Source of the DNA: Raillietiella orientalis
Taxonomy: Eukaryota
NCBI GenBank assembly: GCA_036172245.1
Contig: JAYWIR010000010.1
Coordinates: 4,154,001 to 4,218,000 of the forward strand
Direction: 5' to 3'
DNA: 64,000 nt
Positions 22,701 through 36,527 of this stretch are shown piece after piece. The position numbers were made by a program, and so were the translations under genes. The notes beneath the pieces were generated by a model that worked only from the letters and a program-made list of their open reading frames with translations, ran no database searches and was not told the DNA's origin. Each line of letters begins with the position of its first letter. Position 1 is the stretch's first letter.

Positions 22701-25700
22701 TTTATTATGTATTTATGCAACAGCTTTGCTCACGTTCATGGCACTCGCACACCTTCCTCTACCAGGGATACAATGACTGTCGTAGTAGGGTCCACGCAGG
22801 TGACTCCCGAATACATTTTCTTATAAATAGCATGCTACCCGATCATAAGTAACCACGTGACACATGGGAAACTACTTTTAATTTGCAGAAGGAATCGAAA
22901 TGGGATGCAAAATATTTGTGAGGCAAATACATCTGAGGCAAAATATTTGTCTCAGATGCTGCCATTCGTTTTTTGCCCTCCTCTCAGCTTAGTCCGAAGG
23001 GAGAAGAGAAGCAGGCGGGAGAAACAGGTTGCCCTATTTCATGCTGTACATTGGAGTTCTCCTTTCCTTTCCGGCGGTGTCCCACCTCTCTCGTATAGGA
23101 CTACCGTCCACGCAAGTTTCCCGGACGCCGCTTTCCTATCTAAGGTTCTCTTTCCCCTCGACGTGGTTCGCGGCCTCCCTCCACGTCGAGAGGTTCTTCT
23201 CCTCTTTGCCCTTCTCCGAGCACAGGGGGCTTTCTCCGGGGTCCGGCTCGAGGCAGTCGGTCGGGAAACGGCGCCGGAACCGCGATGCCGGTCGAAGCCG
23301 TCCGCCCTCGCCTTCTCTCCTGCGCAGGATTGCCACCTCCTCGCCCTGGCGAGAGGGACGTGCGCCGCGAAGCCCTCTGCTTGCGAATACGGGTGGATCA
23401 CGGCTCCGCGAGGCCAGCTCGTCCCCACCTCTTGCAGCGGTCCGAACCGGTTCGCCAGGGCAGGAAGAGGAAGGAGGAGACACGCCGCACCCTATCCCGT
23501 CCTCCAGGATCGCCGGAATGCCTCCTCCCTCCTCCTTCCCCGGATAGCGCCCGACTGCAGCCATCCTGCCTAACCTTCTGCCGCTCCGCGGTGACGTCAT
23601 GGTCATCTGTCGGCGGGGGGCAGGCAGGCGCCTTCCGTGCTTTCGGCGGCCATCTCTTCTGTCTGCTCAAATCTTCTCCTTCCCGGACCTCCCTCCCGTC
23701 TCTCGCAGCCGCCTTCCCGCGCCCCACTACAGCCTCGACCCCAGTTCGCGCGCGCCCTCTCGAAGGCGGCGGATCTGGCCGAGACCGACGCTGACTCCCA
23801 TTGGCACCTAGGAGGAGGCCGCTATCCTGCTTGGCCGGCTCCCGTCCTTCTTGTCCCGGAGGGGGATCCCCCTCTGGGAGGGAGTCGCCCCTCTTCGAGC
23901 CCCGGAGCTGGAGGGAGGGAGGGAGAAGGTTTCCAAGGTGACCCAGCGTCTCCGGGTCTTGGCGGCGGTCATGAGGAAGGAGGAAGGCACTGAGCGCGCA
24001 GAGCACCCCGGAAGCTTCCCCTCCCCGGAAGGGTCAGGGAGACGGGAGACCATCTACATGCCCTCTCTCTTTCAAGGGTCCAGCAGCGGTCGTCGCCACT
24101 CCCGGCTCCTGCGACGAGGACGTGCGCTGCTGCTGGCTGGTCGGACGTCCCTGAAGAGCTTCAGGCGCTTCCCCCTTCTTCCTCTTCTGGTTTGGGTCTT
24201 CCCGCCAACTCCGCGCAAGGACGGGAAGGAGGACGAGCCCCCACCCTCTAGCGAAGGCGGCCGGGATGCAGCGGTCTCTCGGGGAGGAAGCACCCCGTCC
24301 GATAGGGAGGGGGGGAGTCTCGGGAGGTCCCGCCTGCTTCGACGGGAAGGAAAGGGGAAGGGGGTTGCTGGGAGGCTCAGTTCTCAGCATCCACCTTGGG
24401 GCGAACTGAAAGGGGAGTCGCAAAAGGATAAAAAAAAAAAAAAATCTCTCGAAACGTTGGAAGGACGCGAGGGACGAGGATGAACGGTGGGACGGTGATG
24501 GCGTCTCAATCCTGGCGAGACCATGGGCCACCGCGAAGCTCTCTCTTTGGAAGTGGCGTAGGGTTCTCTGTGGTCACCAGGGAGCGCCGCCGCCTTCTCC
24601 GGCTTGCCACGCGCGTCCAAGTGGTCTGCTCCAGAGTCAGAGGAGGACTCCTCCCTATAGCCTGCAACAGCTCTCTGTGAAGAGAACTCTCTCAGACGGC
24701 GCTTCGTCATCCGGAGCGGAAAAAGGGGAGTGGAGTGGGGGAGGGAGGAAGAAAGAAAAGCAAAGAAAAGGAAGGGAAGAAAAGAAACGCTCATGCTGCG
24801 CTTACTTTCTCTTGGCAAGCGGCGTGTTGCAAACTCTTCTCGAGAACAGCAGCAGCGCGGGGCGTTCCTTCCGCCGTGAGCAGAGCCAGCAGCGGTCCGG
24901 ACGGTTTCGTCACGAAAGGGCCTCCTCGGTCGTCTCGGAGGCGGCTGGCAAAGCGACGGCTGCCCCCTCCCCCCCTCCTTCAAACCAGTGGAGGAGGGAG
25001 AGGACCCGGATCGAGAGTGGGTTCCCTGGAAACCCTCAGGAGTTCCTCCCTCAGATGCCTGTGTCAAGGAGGAAGGCTCCATTTCCCGGCGTCGATCCTT
25101 TCCGAGTATTCGAACCCGCGACGCTTGGTGCCGCGCGCGGATACGGTAGCCACGTGGCCTCCGACGCGGGCCAGGAGCTCAGGCGAACGTCAGCAGGGGT
25201 CCCCTGGTCGGGCAGGGGGAGAGAGACACGGGCACGGGAGCAGGGATCTCCGGACGACGGCTGCTCCGCTGCTCCCTGGTGTCAGCGCCTGAGTCCCGGC
25301 CCGGAAGCCTGGTTTTTCCGCCGTCAGCCCGAGCTCGATCCTTTCCGTCGCGCCCTGCGAGCAGCAGCAGCTGTCTGCGTCCGTTCGGAGCTCCGTCGAG
25401 CGGGCTCACCTCGTCGGGTGAGTTACGCCTACCTCCCGCTGAAATGAGACCCGTGTGGTCACAACGCGAATCCCCGCGGCTTTTTCAGACGTCTCGCCTC
25501 GTGCGCGGGTCTATCCAAGGAGGGACTGCTCGCGCGCGTTGTAGCAGGCCGTCGAAAAAGTCGAGGGTAATTTCGCCATGGGTACCTCCACGCCCGGAAG
25601 TTCCGGCGGAGGAGGAAAGTCCAACAATTCCGCGGGACCGGAAGGCGGCAACAGTGCCACGAGAGCGTGCGCCGGAAAAGCACAGCCGAATGCAGTGCGA

Positions 25701-28700
25701 CTCGAGAGAAGCCGGCAGGTGGAATGGTGGCCATCCAGCCCGGGATCCCGCCTGCTGTCTGGGAGGCGCGGGCTCGCGTGTGCACTGCTTGTCTTAGCCG
25801 TCTGTCTTGGAAAAAAAAAAAAAAAGCGTGCGTGGGTAGTCGCACGCCAGTGGTTCCAGAGACAGGACCGTCGCCGGAGAAAATTCCTTTGCGAGTCGTC
25901 AAGCATTTGAAGTACGCGGCCCATTCTTCCTTCCCCGTTCAACCCCCCCCCCCCTCCACCCCCTCTCCGTTGCCAGGGCGGCGACTCGCGAAGTCTTGGG
26001 TGAGTTGCAGCGAACCACGTGGAGCGGAGCGCAGACCGTGAAACCAGGCAGTTTTTCGGCCAGCCCATGCGCAGTCTGTGGAACGTAAGCGTGTCAGGTA
26101 GAAAGGAGGTTCTCACCGAGATGAGCCACTGTTCCCAAGTGCAAGGTGCCTCGGTTTGCCGTGTGCTTCGCACCACACGATTCAGTTGCACCCCCCCCCC
26201 CTCCCTCCTCCCCAATCCACGCAGCAAATGTTCGAAAGTCCGCTTTACTCGCGGCCGTTTCTAGCGTTCGACTGAGGGTGTGCGCCGAACTGCAGGTGCC
26301 GTCGCTGGTTCAGACGACGGAATTCGCTCACTCCCACAGGAAGTGAGGCTGCGTGGATCAAACAAGCGGATCTGGAAAGATTGCTCTGAAACGGTCCGGA
26401 CACACTATGAAGAAACGCATTTTCATTCCTCTCTGGACTCGGCTTTCGTGATTTCGAAAAGCCTCTTTATCTTTGAGGAGGAAAAGACGGCGTCCACATG
26501 CACGGCACGCGGCTCCATACAACTGAATCCCTCATCAGATCTGATTCCGAGATCAGAGTGAAATCACAGCAAACCGGAGGAGGAAACTGTCAGCTGCCGC
26601 TTCCTGAGCCTCTTGGCCGTCGAGGAACGACTGGTTTGCAAACTTGTTCACAGAAATGCCATGAGGTGTTGAAGCAGTTTGACAGGTGTTTGCAAATCGA
26701 AAAGCGTCTGAACATCTTGAGATACTTCTGAACTCACTGCTGATGCCTCTCCGTAGACTACACCTGAACAGTGCGAAGACGTTCTTATGCAATCTCAGCA
26801 GCTTACTTGTGCGGATTTTAATGTGCCACCCAGCCCCTCACATTGGAATTGGCTGAAGAGCACACGAGCCATATCTGTGGAAGGTAGACGCACTTGCCAA
26901 CACCACCCAAGATTCGAAGGGATGTGGAACATCACCAGTCGAATCGACAAACCCCGGGATTGCAGCTCAGCTCTTAGTCACAGGCCCTCAGAGTACATAC
27001 AGTAGGGTCTTCCGATAGGGCGTGCCCTAAGGTCAAGTCCCTGGGAGTGCTTGGAGACAATAGCCGATGCAGCGAGGAAATGCTCTGGAAAATGAAATAA
27101 TAAGAGCAGATGGTGATGCAACGAGGCCGCATCGGTCAGTAATGCTGAGCTGAGGAAGGAAAGCATATGTTAGAAGCGGTGGACTTTGTGTAGGATTGCA
27201 GGAATCCAACAGAACTGGGAGCGACGGATGACCAGAAGTCTGAAGCAGAGTCCGAAACCTGGTATTGCCATTACACACAGCCTATTGAAGGATGCAGCGG
27301 AAACTTCAGATCCGTAAAAGGAATGTTCACTGTACGAAATGGATGAAATTGCTTTTCAATGTCATAAGCCTTGAAAACAAATTGCTCTTTTTTAATAACA
27401 ATAACAAATTTTTCATGCATTTGATCAATCACCATGGTGTCTCACTCCTTTAACTTTTTCTTTATATATTGAATTAATAATCTGTAACACTGAAAAACAG
27501 AGTTTTTGATCTTTAGAGGAAAGTGAAATTACCGAACTTAAATAATAAGGCTTTTCGCGCAGGAGTTCTATACTTGAATAAGCATTTTGAATCTGCCAAA
27601 AGAAAAAAATCACAAGATGTACAAACATGAGAAATCGTGTTTCGAAAATCAGCTGCTTGAGTCTATTTGAAGACAGCAAAAACTCAGGACTTTCAGTCTA
27701 TAGATAGCTAATCTGCTTTGTATGGATTCTGTTTTGTTTTCAGAACCCTGGCTGCTCAACAGGAGACACTTCCTGAGGAGTGCTACACTAAATTAAATAG
27801 ACTGACAACTCCAGTGCACAGAGACTTCAGCAGAAAGCAACACTGTGACACCAACGTGATACATACATGCACAAGTTCATGGGAACAAGCAGCGTGCTGG
27901 AGTCTTCGCAAATGGAAAGACGTTAGGTATGAAATGGCCAACTTGGAAGATTCGCGGAAGATTTTTTGCACAGTCAGAAAATCAAGTAGCCTTTTAAGAT
28001 CCTCAGTATCCAGCAGTTCTCTAGTTGCATCATAAACATATTGAATTGTTCCCAAACAGGCTGCAGATTATTCAGAGCTGCAAGATGAGAAAACAGAAAC
28101 CAGAACGATTCTACAGTGTATCTTGCCTATAGAAAGAACGTGCGTATCTTCAGGGTGTCCAGGATCTTTTGCAACAGTGTCATCTTTCCTTAAGAACTTA
28201 TGAATGGATCGTGCTCGGATATAATCCTAGAAGCCTGCCCACTTGAAACTGCATCATAGCTTCCTAAATTGGGGAAAAAAAAAATCAGATTTAAACGATT
28301 TGTCCATTGATACAGAATTTATTAATGTTTTATTTCGCGGCCTTGCTCTGTGGATGGTCCTGCACACATTGATGGGATAGAGAACAAAACACACTCATCG
28401 AAATACATTTTTTAAAAATGAATGCTTCATCATACTTACAGTGAAAAGTTCCTTCACAGGTTGAGAGGAAGAAAAGTAAACACAAGAAACAGAGTAGGGA
28501 ATGCCAAAGGAAGAGGATGCCTTTTCGTGAATTTATTCATCATGAATGTATCTAATTTTTTACTCAGATAGTGAGAAAGCACTTCTTTATTAGGCCAAAA
28601 TTTTCTGGAATTTAGAATTTGGGTTTACTACTTTTCTTTCCAATCATTCTTTTTAGATTCAGACAACAAGATTCCTAATCCTTCTATTTGCTCTAAGTGT

Positions 28701-30460
28701 CCTTTCCTAAACTCTGATTCCGCAAATTACAATGCTTTTGAAACGTCTTCATACGTGGCCCCAAAACTTGAGAATTGAACACCTAAATCCCAGCTCTTGT
28801 GGTTTGGGAGTGATGTGTGCAATTAGTTGGTTTCCTTTTGCAGAGATTTTACTTTGATGTGAAAATTAGATCACAGGGAATCCGTTCAAGGCAAAGGAAT
28901 GCTCCGTCCTTATGTATGGAACTTCGTCAAAGAAGTCATGAAGTTGCCAAAGTATAACAGTCGCGGAAATTTGCAGAGGACCTAAAGGAAATTCAAATTT
29001 TCCATTTTTGTTTGCATTAGATAAATTTTAGATATAGTTCATCGGTTTGCTCTAAGTAGACCAATAAATTGCGTTTGAAATAATGAGAAATCTTTTTATA
29101 TACGTCTTTCGTCTAATCAAATTACTACCACTCCTAGAGAAATGTAACACTTGAAAACAAAACGAATATGTGTTCAATAACAGCGTGTGTGGTTAAAAGC
29201 CGTTCAGGCAACGTACGTGTTTCTCTTGCAATTTTTTGAGCCCTGGGTTCCGAAATATTTACTGGAAGTAGACTTTCATTATGTCCTGCTATAAGAACAG
29301 AGGTTGTCATTTAACAACAGTAAACGTCCAGCAAGTTTCAATGCAAGCGTCCTTGTCATGGATTATTTTTAAATGACTTCATACATTCATTCTTTCTTCA
29401 AGATCCCATTCGTCGGCATATATAAGTGAATGCCGAATATGCAAAACAATGTGTATGTGAAACAACATATGTGGAACGATTTCTCAATTTCTTTTCCTGA
29501 ATGGAAATGTTTTCTGAAATTAGGATAAATTATCGTGTTTATGATATTTCCTTGTATTCCTTCTTTTGAATTTTGCAAATTCTTGTATTCATCGTCTTTT
29601 CCTTATACATTTATGCTGCACTGTCGACCGTTTTCTTTCTTTGTTTCTTTCTTTTTTTTTTTTAAAAAAAAAAAAAGAAATCATTTCCATTTCTTCCTAT
29701 AGATATGTCGTCTATGCTCTTTTTGGATAAAAAATCTAAAAGCAAAGTTGGGATAATTTTCATATCGAAACTGATGTGGTTTCAGGAGAGATAAATCGGG
29801 AGTATTCTCAATCTTCTGTTAAAGATTTCACATTTGTGTGCAAAATGTTCTGCCAATGATGATGTTTAATTTAGTTGTGGAAGCAGATATTGGTAACGCA
29901 AGTTATTCGCTGTTGCATATATAGTGCTATGTGAGTGGGCACTTCATTATGTAGAACTAATCAGAGACATGAAGTGAGGGAGTCGAATGAACTTTGCTTT
30001 TGATAATTGGATTGATGTAAGTCTCCTGTAAACTCCTTAGTAACGTTATGTCCGGTAACGGCTTTTCAAAATAAGAAAAATAAACGAATAAATCGTAACA
30101 CTTAGGTTCATTGTTTTTGGATTTTGTGGAAAGTGTTTAACTTGGTATCCTAATTAATGGTTGGAATTTTTCCTACAGTATGTTATGTTTTTAGTCGATC
30201 CCTCCCTTTCGTAGTCGCGTAAACAGAATTTGCGATTATAAAGAGAGTTGCGATTTGGAAAGCTCCACGTGTTTGTTATTTGAGCATTCAGTATTTATTC
30301 CAGATTTCTCATTTTTTTGTGTTTTGATGTTTATCGAAGGCAAAAGTTCCGTTCATGATTCATCTATATGTCAAAATGACGAAATCCATACATAAGTGTA
30401 GCGCACACTTAATTCTTTCAGTTTGTGGTCGTTTCCGTCCCAGCATGAAATCATAACAAA

Positions 30461-33400
30461 ATGTCCAAATATGCAAAGGCATGTAACAAAAAAGGTGTTG
30501 GTATTAATCAGACTGCTGGGAACCTAGTATTTGATTCCATGATTCAATCAAAGAAGTCTGGGAGACCTACTGCTGCCAAATCTGCTGGCATTATTGGAAA
30601 ATGGGGAGTTACATCTTTCACGTCATTGCGACATGTTAAATCTTCAAAACAGGGTAAAGTTGGAGGAAATTACGTACTTGAAAGCTTCGTTTCTTTTTAA
30701 CTTGATTGATAATGTATTTCATGTGGTCTAAAGACGCCATGAAACAGTTCACTTTATAATCCGTAAATTATCAATAACCTAATAAGCATTAAAATAATTT
30801 CAGAAAAGAAAGAAACCAAGTTCCAGAAAACATCGGCAGAAAGAAAATTTTTTAAATCCCGTGTGAATTCAAGTATAGATATGAAAAATGGAAAAAATGA
30901 GTTACACAAAACCCAGAAAGAAAATCATAATATTGGTAAATTCGTATTGAAAGCTAGATTTGATCCCAAAGATGGAGAAAAAGTGTATTCAATTGAACCA
31001 TTTGAATCTGCCAAAAGTAACCCTTCATATCCCCAGTCTCCAATTGATTTAAAAGCAGATAATGCATTTTCTACTAAAAGTCTTGCAACCCCTTCGCCGT
31101 TGAAAGAAAATGCATTAATGTCACCAGCTAATTGTCCTGAATTTTGTGTCAAAAATAACGTTTGCAAACCAAATACTGATAATCATTATTACCATAATGA
31201 TAAAGGTGTATGTGATAACTCAGTAACTTCAGACTATTTTAATAGTCAGTCAAGTATGCATGCTCAGGAATTAAAACATTCACGATCTCCAGTGCAAAAT
31301 GATGAAGCAGATATAAGAATGAGTAAACTAGGAAACACAAGAACATTAAATCCGTTACAGTATCCTTCATCCAACCATAAAATTATTCCAGCAGACTTTG
31401 AAACTATTATAAATAATTATCCCCAAGAGAAAACTAATGTGAATATTGTATCAAATGAATGTGTAGGTTCCCCAGACAAAAGTTCCTTTCATGATAAGAG
31501 TGAAAAAAAGGATGTTATAGAAAAATGTGATTCTGCGATTTCAAGTGATAAACCAAAAGAAACAGTTTCTGTAGGCAACTGTACAGCACACACTACTGTG
31601 AAACCAGAAAATGTGGTCAAGGAATCATCAAGTGTATTTGATGACTTCCAAACACATTCGGAAACAGAAACTAACTCTTTTAGAAGCAAACAAAGTTCTG
31701 AAATTGATACCAGTTCCATGTGCAAGAGTAAAAGAATATTCTCATCTCGTAATGACTCCGTTCCCAAACGAGCTACTTATAAACATAAATGGCATGATGA
31801 CAATGACGAAGTCACTGATGCTAAACAAAAGAAACTCTCTCCAGCATCTGCAGTTATGCAGAACTTGCATGAAATCGAACCAGCAGAAACATTATCCAAA
31901 TTAGTGCATGTGACTACTTTACCAGAAACTGATGATTTTAGAGATGCTCCAGTTAGAAGTTCAAGGAAGTGTTTAAGGAAGGAAAAGAAGGTACTGGCCA
32001 ATTAATTCTAGCTTGTATTTAAAAACTTTTGTTGTTTTGAGCATTCTATTGATTATCAGATTAAGAAACGCAAATAGTTTCAAAATTAATTGTTTCTACT
32101 TTTGCAAAGCAATGAATTAAAAGCTTGGCAAATTAGGTTTGTGCACTTTGGCAGTATGTGATGGGTTTATTTTCTAGTTGTACCAAGTTGTGAAAAACGT
32201 TAAAAATGCTCATCAGATTCAAGAATCTGGAGAATATCAAGAATTCAATGATGACGTGGAGTTTCTCTTTGATGCATTGCAAGATAATAACCAAATAATT
32301 ACAAGGTGACCTACGATTACAATTTTCTGTTTAAATATTTGTTATGGTAGAAAATCCAAACTCTAATGAAATACTATGTTTTAGATGTCTTTCATGTGTG
32401 AGTTTAGCCTCAAAATGTATGAAACCTGCATTTCGGATGCATTTAAGAGCTCATGGAACTGTTATTAGATTTTTCAATGCACTACATGATGCTCCACAGT
32501 TCCCTGTAAGTGTGATTTATATTGAGGATGTCTTTGAATAGTAATTCTATTTTGGTTGGAATATAACAAAAGTTTGTTTTTTTTAAAAAAAAAAAAATCA
32601 TGCTTGATTTAGGTAGAAACGAAAATTTTTCTGAATGATTGATTTGATTGATTTTAATGTTTTTCATTTTGATTTTTTCAAACTTTTAGAGTCTAGCATT
32701 ATGCACTTCCTTGGTTATGTTTGTTTTGAGTCAAGATAGACTGAATATGGATTTAGATCCAAAATCCTTGGATCTGATGCTTCAGCTTTTAGATTCTGAT
32801 GCAAGTCATGTAGCATCTTTAGAAGGAAGCCAAGAAATGTCCAAGATTAAACGCAAAGTAGTAGAACTATGCACAGAAATGAGAAATGCTGGCCATGCCA
32901 AACTGTTGAATTTTGATAGTATAACAGTAAGTAAACAGAAGTTTGATTTTGGTATAGCCTGCATATGCTAAAAAAATAAGTCCCCTGGTGTCAATCTAAT
33001 CCAAAATTTTCTTGATCCTGTTCTGCACAAGAAATTGTTAATTGAAAGTTGGTTTAACAAGTGAATTTTGTGTAAAGTTTTTTGTTTAATGTAAGCAAAG
33101 TTTAGGATTTTATATTTTTCAAAGAGGTCAATTAAACGTGTCAGTTACATGCATGAAATATGTATTCCCTTTTCCCATTATCCTTTTAAAGCACCTTTGA
33201 AAATATCAGTTATAAAGACCTCACTGTACCAGTGTTAATAAAGGTGGAAGAAGAATGAAATTTCGGAAGTTTGCTTTGAATTTGTTTTTTGTTTTTCCTG
33301 TTGTATTTTGTTTTCCATTTCATTTTGCCTATTTAGTTGTTTGATTCCAGTGTTCATATGGTTGGTAAAGTTATGCAACTATAATAAAAAACATTTCTTT

Positions 33401-36287
33401 TAAGATTAGAATTATTATTTAATCCTTTAACTACAAAAAATTGGAATGATTGAAAGTGTTGAAATTCAGGTATATCAGAAGTGATTTTTTAATTCAAGTG
33501 ATTTTCGAATCAAGTAAAGTTGTGTGTATAATACAAATAACTGGGATTTCAAATGAAAAAATCCAGCATCTAAAGTGACTAATATTTGGATCTGATCTTA
33601 TTTCTGAAGCAATGTTCAAGCAAATATTTTAATTAAGGAAATGTTTAGGTTCTTTATGCTTGGCATTTGACAGTTGTCAAATCAGCATTTGTCATTACTG
33701 ATGCACCAATAGATTTGGTGCTGGCTGCTCAATGTTTGCTTTTTAATGAATTGGAAATAAGTATTGTCCCGAAATGACCTACATTATACTGTGTGCAAAA
33801 AGATTTTTGCAAAATACCTTATTGTCAGCAGTTGAATTATAACAATCCCATTGTTAAAAAATCGATCATGCAGTGTTTTTCTATAAATTATCATCTCAAT
33901 GTGCAACTAGCATGCACATATTGTTTTTGTTTCAAATCTAAAAATTGGATTTAAAAAATATAGTTGAGAATAATGTGTTTCTAGCTTTCATTCCCAATTT
34001 TTTTTAGGCTGGTTATTTGGCTATGGAAACTCTTTTGAGCTTAACATCCAAAAGAGCTGGTGAATGGTTTAAAGAAGAAGTTCGAGAATTGGGAGGTCTT
34101 GATCATATTATTAGTACAGTGCAAGAATGCATGAAGGAATTTCATCCTACTTTAACTGTATGGGATAAAACATTACTAGATAAACTTGGAAAGGCGGATA
34201 GATGTTTAAGAGTGCTAGAAAATGTAAGTTTCTTTGAGCAAGATTGTGTTTCATAGTTTAGCAATTTGTCTAGAAATGCACATAACAGCAAACTAAAAAT
34301 CATTAATTAGTGGTGGTAATTAAAGATCAATAAAGTGATTGTTTTCCATTAAGAGTCATGGTTTTTTTGCTCATAATTTCTGAATAGGAATTGTACATTA
34401 AATGTGATTAAAGTGGAATTTCAGTTTTTCTTCATGTAGGTGTTTATCGATTATCTTTTACCAGGTATTGCATGAAAATGAGGAAAATCAACTGTATTTA
34501 CTTAAGCATAAGAAAAACGTGCTCTTACATTTGCTAATAAACCTCTACAATATTTGCATTATTCAATTGCCTTCAAAGCATCCATCTACAATGGATAACA
34601 AAGATAGCGTAAAATGGATTTTTATGAATGTTTTGTTCACATCTCTCAAAGTATTAATCAATTTGACTCATGACTATGGTGAACAATGTATGTATACAAT
34701 GGACTTAAGTTTTTCTAATCATAGTTTGTTTTCTCCCTTGACAATTCAATGCTGAACTTAGATAACTTAATTAGATGTAATGCAGTATTTATTTTTGAAT
34801 TTTAAGTAAATTTCTGTTTCTTATAAAATGAAATACTGTGTGAAAAAAAAATCATTACAGGTCAAGGAAGTACTTTAGCTGGCAAGATTGACAAAATGTA
34901 TTCACTCAGCATGATTGCATTGTTTGAATTACCCATACATTTGCCAGATGATAAAAAGTTCGATATTCATATCCTGGTGTGTACATTTTTGTATTTGAAG
35001 TTTTACTTTTGATAGAGCATTCTTATTGAATGGTTCCATTTTTCATTTCAATTTTTTTTTTTTTTATTTCATTGTAGGCATTATCTCTTCTTATCAATCT
35101 GGTTGAGCACTCATCCCAGAATCGTAAGAGGTTTTTGGAAATGCCTATTCCCATAACAACATTTAAAGGTGATGGTGAGTAAAGTTTGGTTTATAGTTTG
35201 CAATTACACAAGCACAGCACTTTTAATCGACTTTTTTGTGTTAATTGTTTGGGGTCACTGTTCTGTTGTGTTTTTGATTTGGTACTTTTAATCTAAGTAT
35301 CCTTGAATTTAAAATTTGTCCATGATAGCTTGAATAAATGTTTAGTTTCATGTGCTTGTGTTTAAGAGCTAGAAAGGAGTTTTTTAAATTTTGCATTTTT
35401 GAGTTTATTTTCTAATTTTTGCATTTTTCAGCTATTCAGTCCTCAGCAGAATTATTCATAAGATTGTTCTTTCACAAACAAGAAAGTGCCAGAATTCAGG
35501 AAGCTAAAACAGATAACATACTGGATGGCAAAAAGGATGATGATGATGATGATGATAAAACTCAGGAGGATAATGCTTCAAAAAGTCAAGAAGAAGTTTT
35601 AGAGGAGACAATCAAAAAATGTAATGACCCTTTAAGTACATGTGATTCAAACATGCAAATGCTTGAACAGGAGTTAGATTAATCACCAAATATGTGGTGA
35701 TGTAATTTGAAATGACTAGCAAATCTTCAGTTCTTTTCTTAGAATGTTAAAATCATTGAAACTGATTTAAAATGTTTAATAATCAGAGAGTGACTAAAAA
35801 TTGTAATGTATAAGTGTGCACATCGTCATGTGTTTTTATTTTTTAGTGCTCCAGAAAGCTGGGAAACATATGGAAGATACACTTATTGCCACATATATTG
35901 TTTTGTTGCTTGGATACGTAATGATGGATTGCAAGGTAACTTGATCTTTTTGCATTGATTTTCTCCTGTGTAGTAAAACATAATTTGCACTTTTTTTTTT
36001 CTAGGAATATCAAGAAACCATAAAATGTTTGCTCCCTGACTCATCATTGCAGCCATTTTTGGAAGTTCTGAACAAATTTTACAATTTTGAAAACTTGGCA
36101 CCTTCTGTCAGTACATGAATTCGAAATGAAAAAGAAATTTCTTTGTCTCTCTTAGGTTGCCGACAGTGTTCGTGGTTTATCAGCAACCAAGAAAATGCTG
36201 AAATTCTTGGAAGAACTCCAACACCCAAAGAACTCAGAAGAAAATAGTTCTAATTCAAAAGTATCTGTGGAAGATACAGATAGCTAA
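30461..36287 (+). CDS. wapl: Wings apart-like protein (cohesin release factor)
   Basis: 13 exons: 30461-30653, 30804-31990, 32178-32305, 32385-32505, 32690-32926, 34008-34223, 34465-34687, 34861-34976, 35078-35174, 35432-35620, 35847-35935, 36005-36106, 36157-36287; all GT-AG and phase-compatible. WAPL-domain motifs [95 protein letters not shown]-terminal [15 protein letters not shown] and RKFFKSR blocks. Confidence 0.96.
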
Positions 36288-36521
36288 TTTCCAAGATGGA
36301 CTGTTTATTTTTTATTGCTATACTATCGTAGTTATCCGCACATTACGTTGCACATACGAATATATTGCCATGTGACCATTTCCTTGTATGCAAATCTACA
36401 TCACCATTGAGAATATTTATTTCTGTAATCTGCTGCATGATTCATTGCATCATATCAATAAGAGTATTACTATGCAAGAGGAATAGACGAAGTTGTTAGT
36501 GCTCTTTAAATATGTTTCAAG

Positions 36522-36527
36522 AATAAA
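36522..36527 (+). promoter_or_regulatory. Probable polyadenylation signal of wapl
   Basis: AATAAA (tandem AATAAAATAAA) ~235 nt after the stop codon. Confidence 0.5.

Larger units (their letters stand above)
11300..26500. other. GC- and CpG-rich compositional domain (boundaries approximate)
   Basis: By eye, abundant CG dinucleotides and purine/pyrimidine tracts, with overlapping long low-complexity R/P/G/S-rich ORFs in all six frames. The flanks are AT-rich, and there is an AT-richer pocket at ~12.7-14.3 kb. Confidence 0.8.

Noticed and set aside
14400..26300. Dozens of 100-380 aa ORFs in all six frames (e.g. 18501-19640, 20729-21562, 24677-25447)
   Set aside because: Overlapping, R/P/G/S-rich and low-complexity, as expected from stop-codon scarcity in GC-rich DNA. 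Only the parts coinciding with GST exons show family motifs.
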